A stretch of DNA of 64,000 bases from the NCBI GenBank assembly GCA_041181985.1, contig JBEGOM010000002.1:13366-77365 (forward strand), in the 5' to 3' direction. The notes below the pieces were generated by a model. That model was not told the origin of the DNA. It saw only the letters and a list, made by a program, of their open reading frames with translations, and made no database searches. This document shows, piece after piece, positions 63,268-64,000 of the stretch (position 1 is the first letter of the stretch; each line of letters opens with the position of its first letter). The stretch comes from Pseudomonadota bacterium (GTDB lineage Bacteria; Pseudomonadota; Gammaproteobacteria; Burkholderiales; Burkholderiaceae_C). The position numbers and the translations under genes were made by a program.

Positions 63268-64000
63268 TTAATCGCTAGTGGGTGTTGGCTTGACGGTGGG
63301 CTTTTTGTTCACCAACACAATGCCTAAGGCCACGCCCACCAGCGCCACCAATGCGCCTTGAGTGACGGGTTCATTCAACCACCAAGCGCCCATCACCATC
63401 GCAAAAACAGGGGTGAGAAACACAAACACGCTCAGCTTGGTGGCGGGGTAGTGACCGAGCAACCACATCCACACCAAGTAGCTGGCAAATGCACCGGCCA
63501 CGGTTTGCACCACTATGGAAAAGAGCGCGAAGCTGCTCCAGTCAAACACCCACACCTCGCCCATTTGTAAAGACACAAAGGGCAACACAAACGCACTCAC
63601 CGCCACTTGGTAATACAAGAGCTTTTCTGCGCTGACCACCACCAAGCGCGAGCTGCGAATCACCACGGTGGTCAAACCCCAAAGGGCGCCTGCCCCTAGG
63701 GCCAACACATCGCCCACCCACATGGGCCAAGTGCCCTCGACGGTGGCGGTGCCGAGCACGCCGTCTTGCAAGGCATATCCGACCGCCACAAATGCCAGCC
63801 CTAAGCCCGCCCATTGTTGCCAATGCAAACGCTCGCTCGTCACACGCATGGGCAACAACAAGGCCACCCAAAACGGGGCGGTGTATAAAAAAATCGTCAA
63901 GCGCGAAGCGCTGGTGTGTTGCAGGCCCAAATAAATGCACACAAACTCGCCGCAAAACAAGGCACCAGCCAACAAGCCTGCGCCTAAAGAGCCATCGCGC
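63268..64000 (-). CDS. EamA/DMT family transporter (5' end outside the window)
   Basis: Multi-TM protein with YTAPFW...ER and FLTPVF...L.E motifs. Confidence 0.85.
   Translation of the reverse strand, partial: RDGSLGAGLLAGALFCGEFVCIYLGLQHTSASRLTIFLYTAPFWVALLLPMRVTSERLHWQQWAGLGLAFVAVGYALQDGVLGTATVEGTWPMWVGDVLALGAGALWGLTTVVIRSSRLVVVSAEKLLYYQVAVSAFVLPFVSLQMGEVWVFDWSSFALFSIVVQTVAGAFASYLVWMWLLGHYPATKLSVFVFLTPVFAMVMGAWWLNEPVTQGALVALVGVALGIVLVNKKPTVKPTPTSD

Overview
This is a 64-kb chromosomal window from a betaproteobacterium. Gene content, gene order and TTG-rich codon usage suggest Comamonadaceae, possibly Limnohabitans-like, but that is inference. The window spans the replication origin: mnmE-yidC-yidD-rnpA-rpmH <> dnaA-[oriC with DnaA boxes and DnaA-trios]-dnaN-gyrB. 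Nearby is mnmG-rsmG-lysE-parA-hydrolase-parB, with three parS sites embedded in coding sequence. The left arm is mostly housekeeping: metXW, amgK/rsmE, lptD-surA-rsmA, barstar, maeB, pepP/murU, tkt-gap, amt, an RRM protein and kdsD-kdsC-lptC. The right arm carries an RND/two-component module and catabolic genes: a FAD-linked dehydrogenase, pduO, acetoacetyl-CoA synthetase, a TRAP transporter, an IOR-like oxidoreductase and gcdR/gcdH. I saw no rRNA, tRNA, CRISPR array, transposase or prophage. Five observations stand out. (1) A translationally coupled pair of complementary half histidine kinases follows parB: one has the phospho-His and a receiver domain but no ATPase, the other has the ATPase but no His. 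(2) A barstar-family protein has no neighbouring RNase and ends in an ssrA-like tail. (3) A palindromic element is inserted in frame inside acetoacetyl-CoA synthetase. (4) An intergenic double-hairpin element has unrelated stems but a shared loop core. (5) The leader of the RRM gene can sequester its own ribosome-binding site. All calls come from motif recognition by eye; no searches were run.
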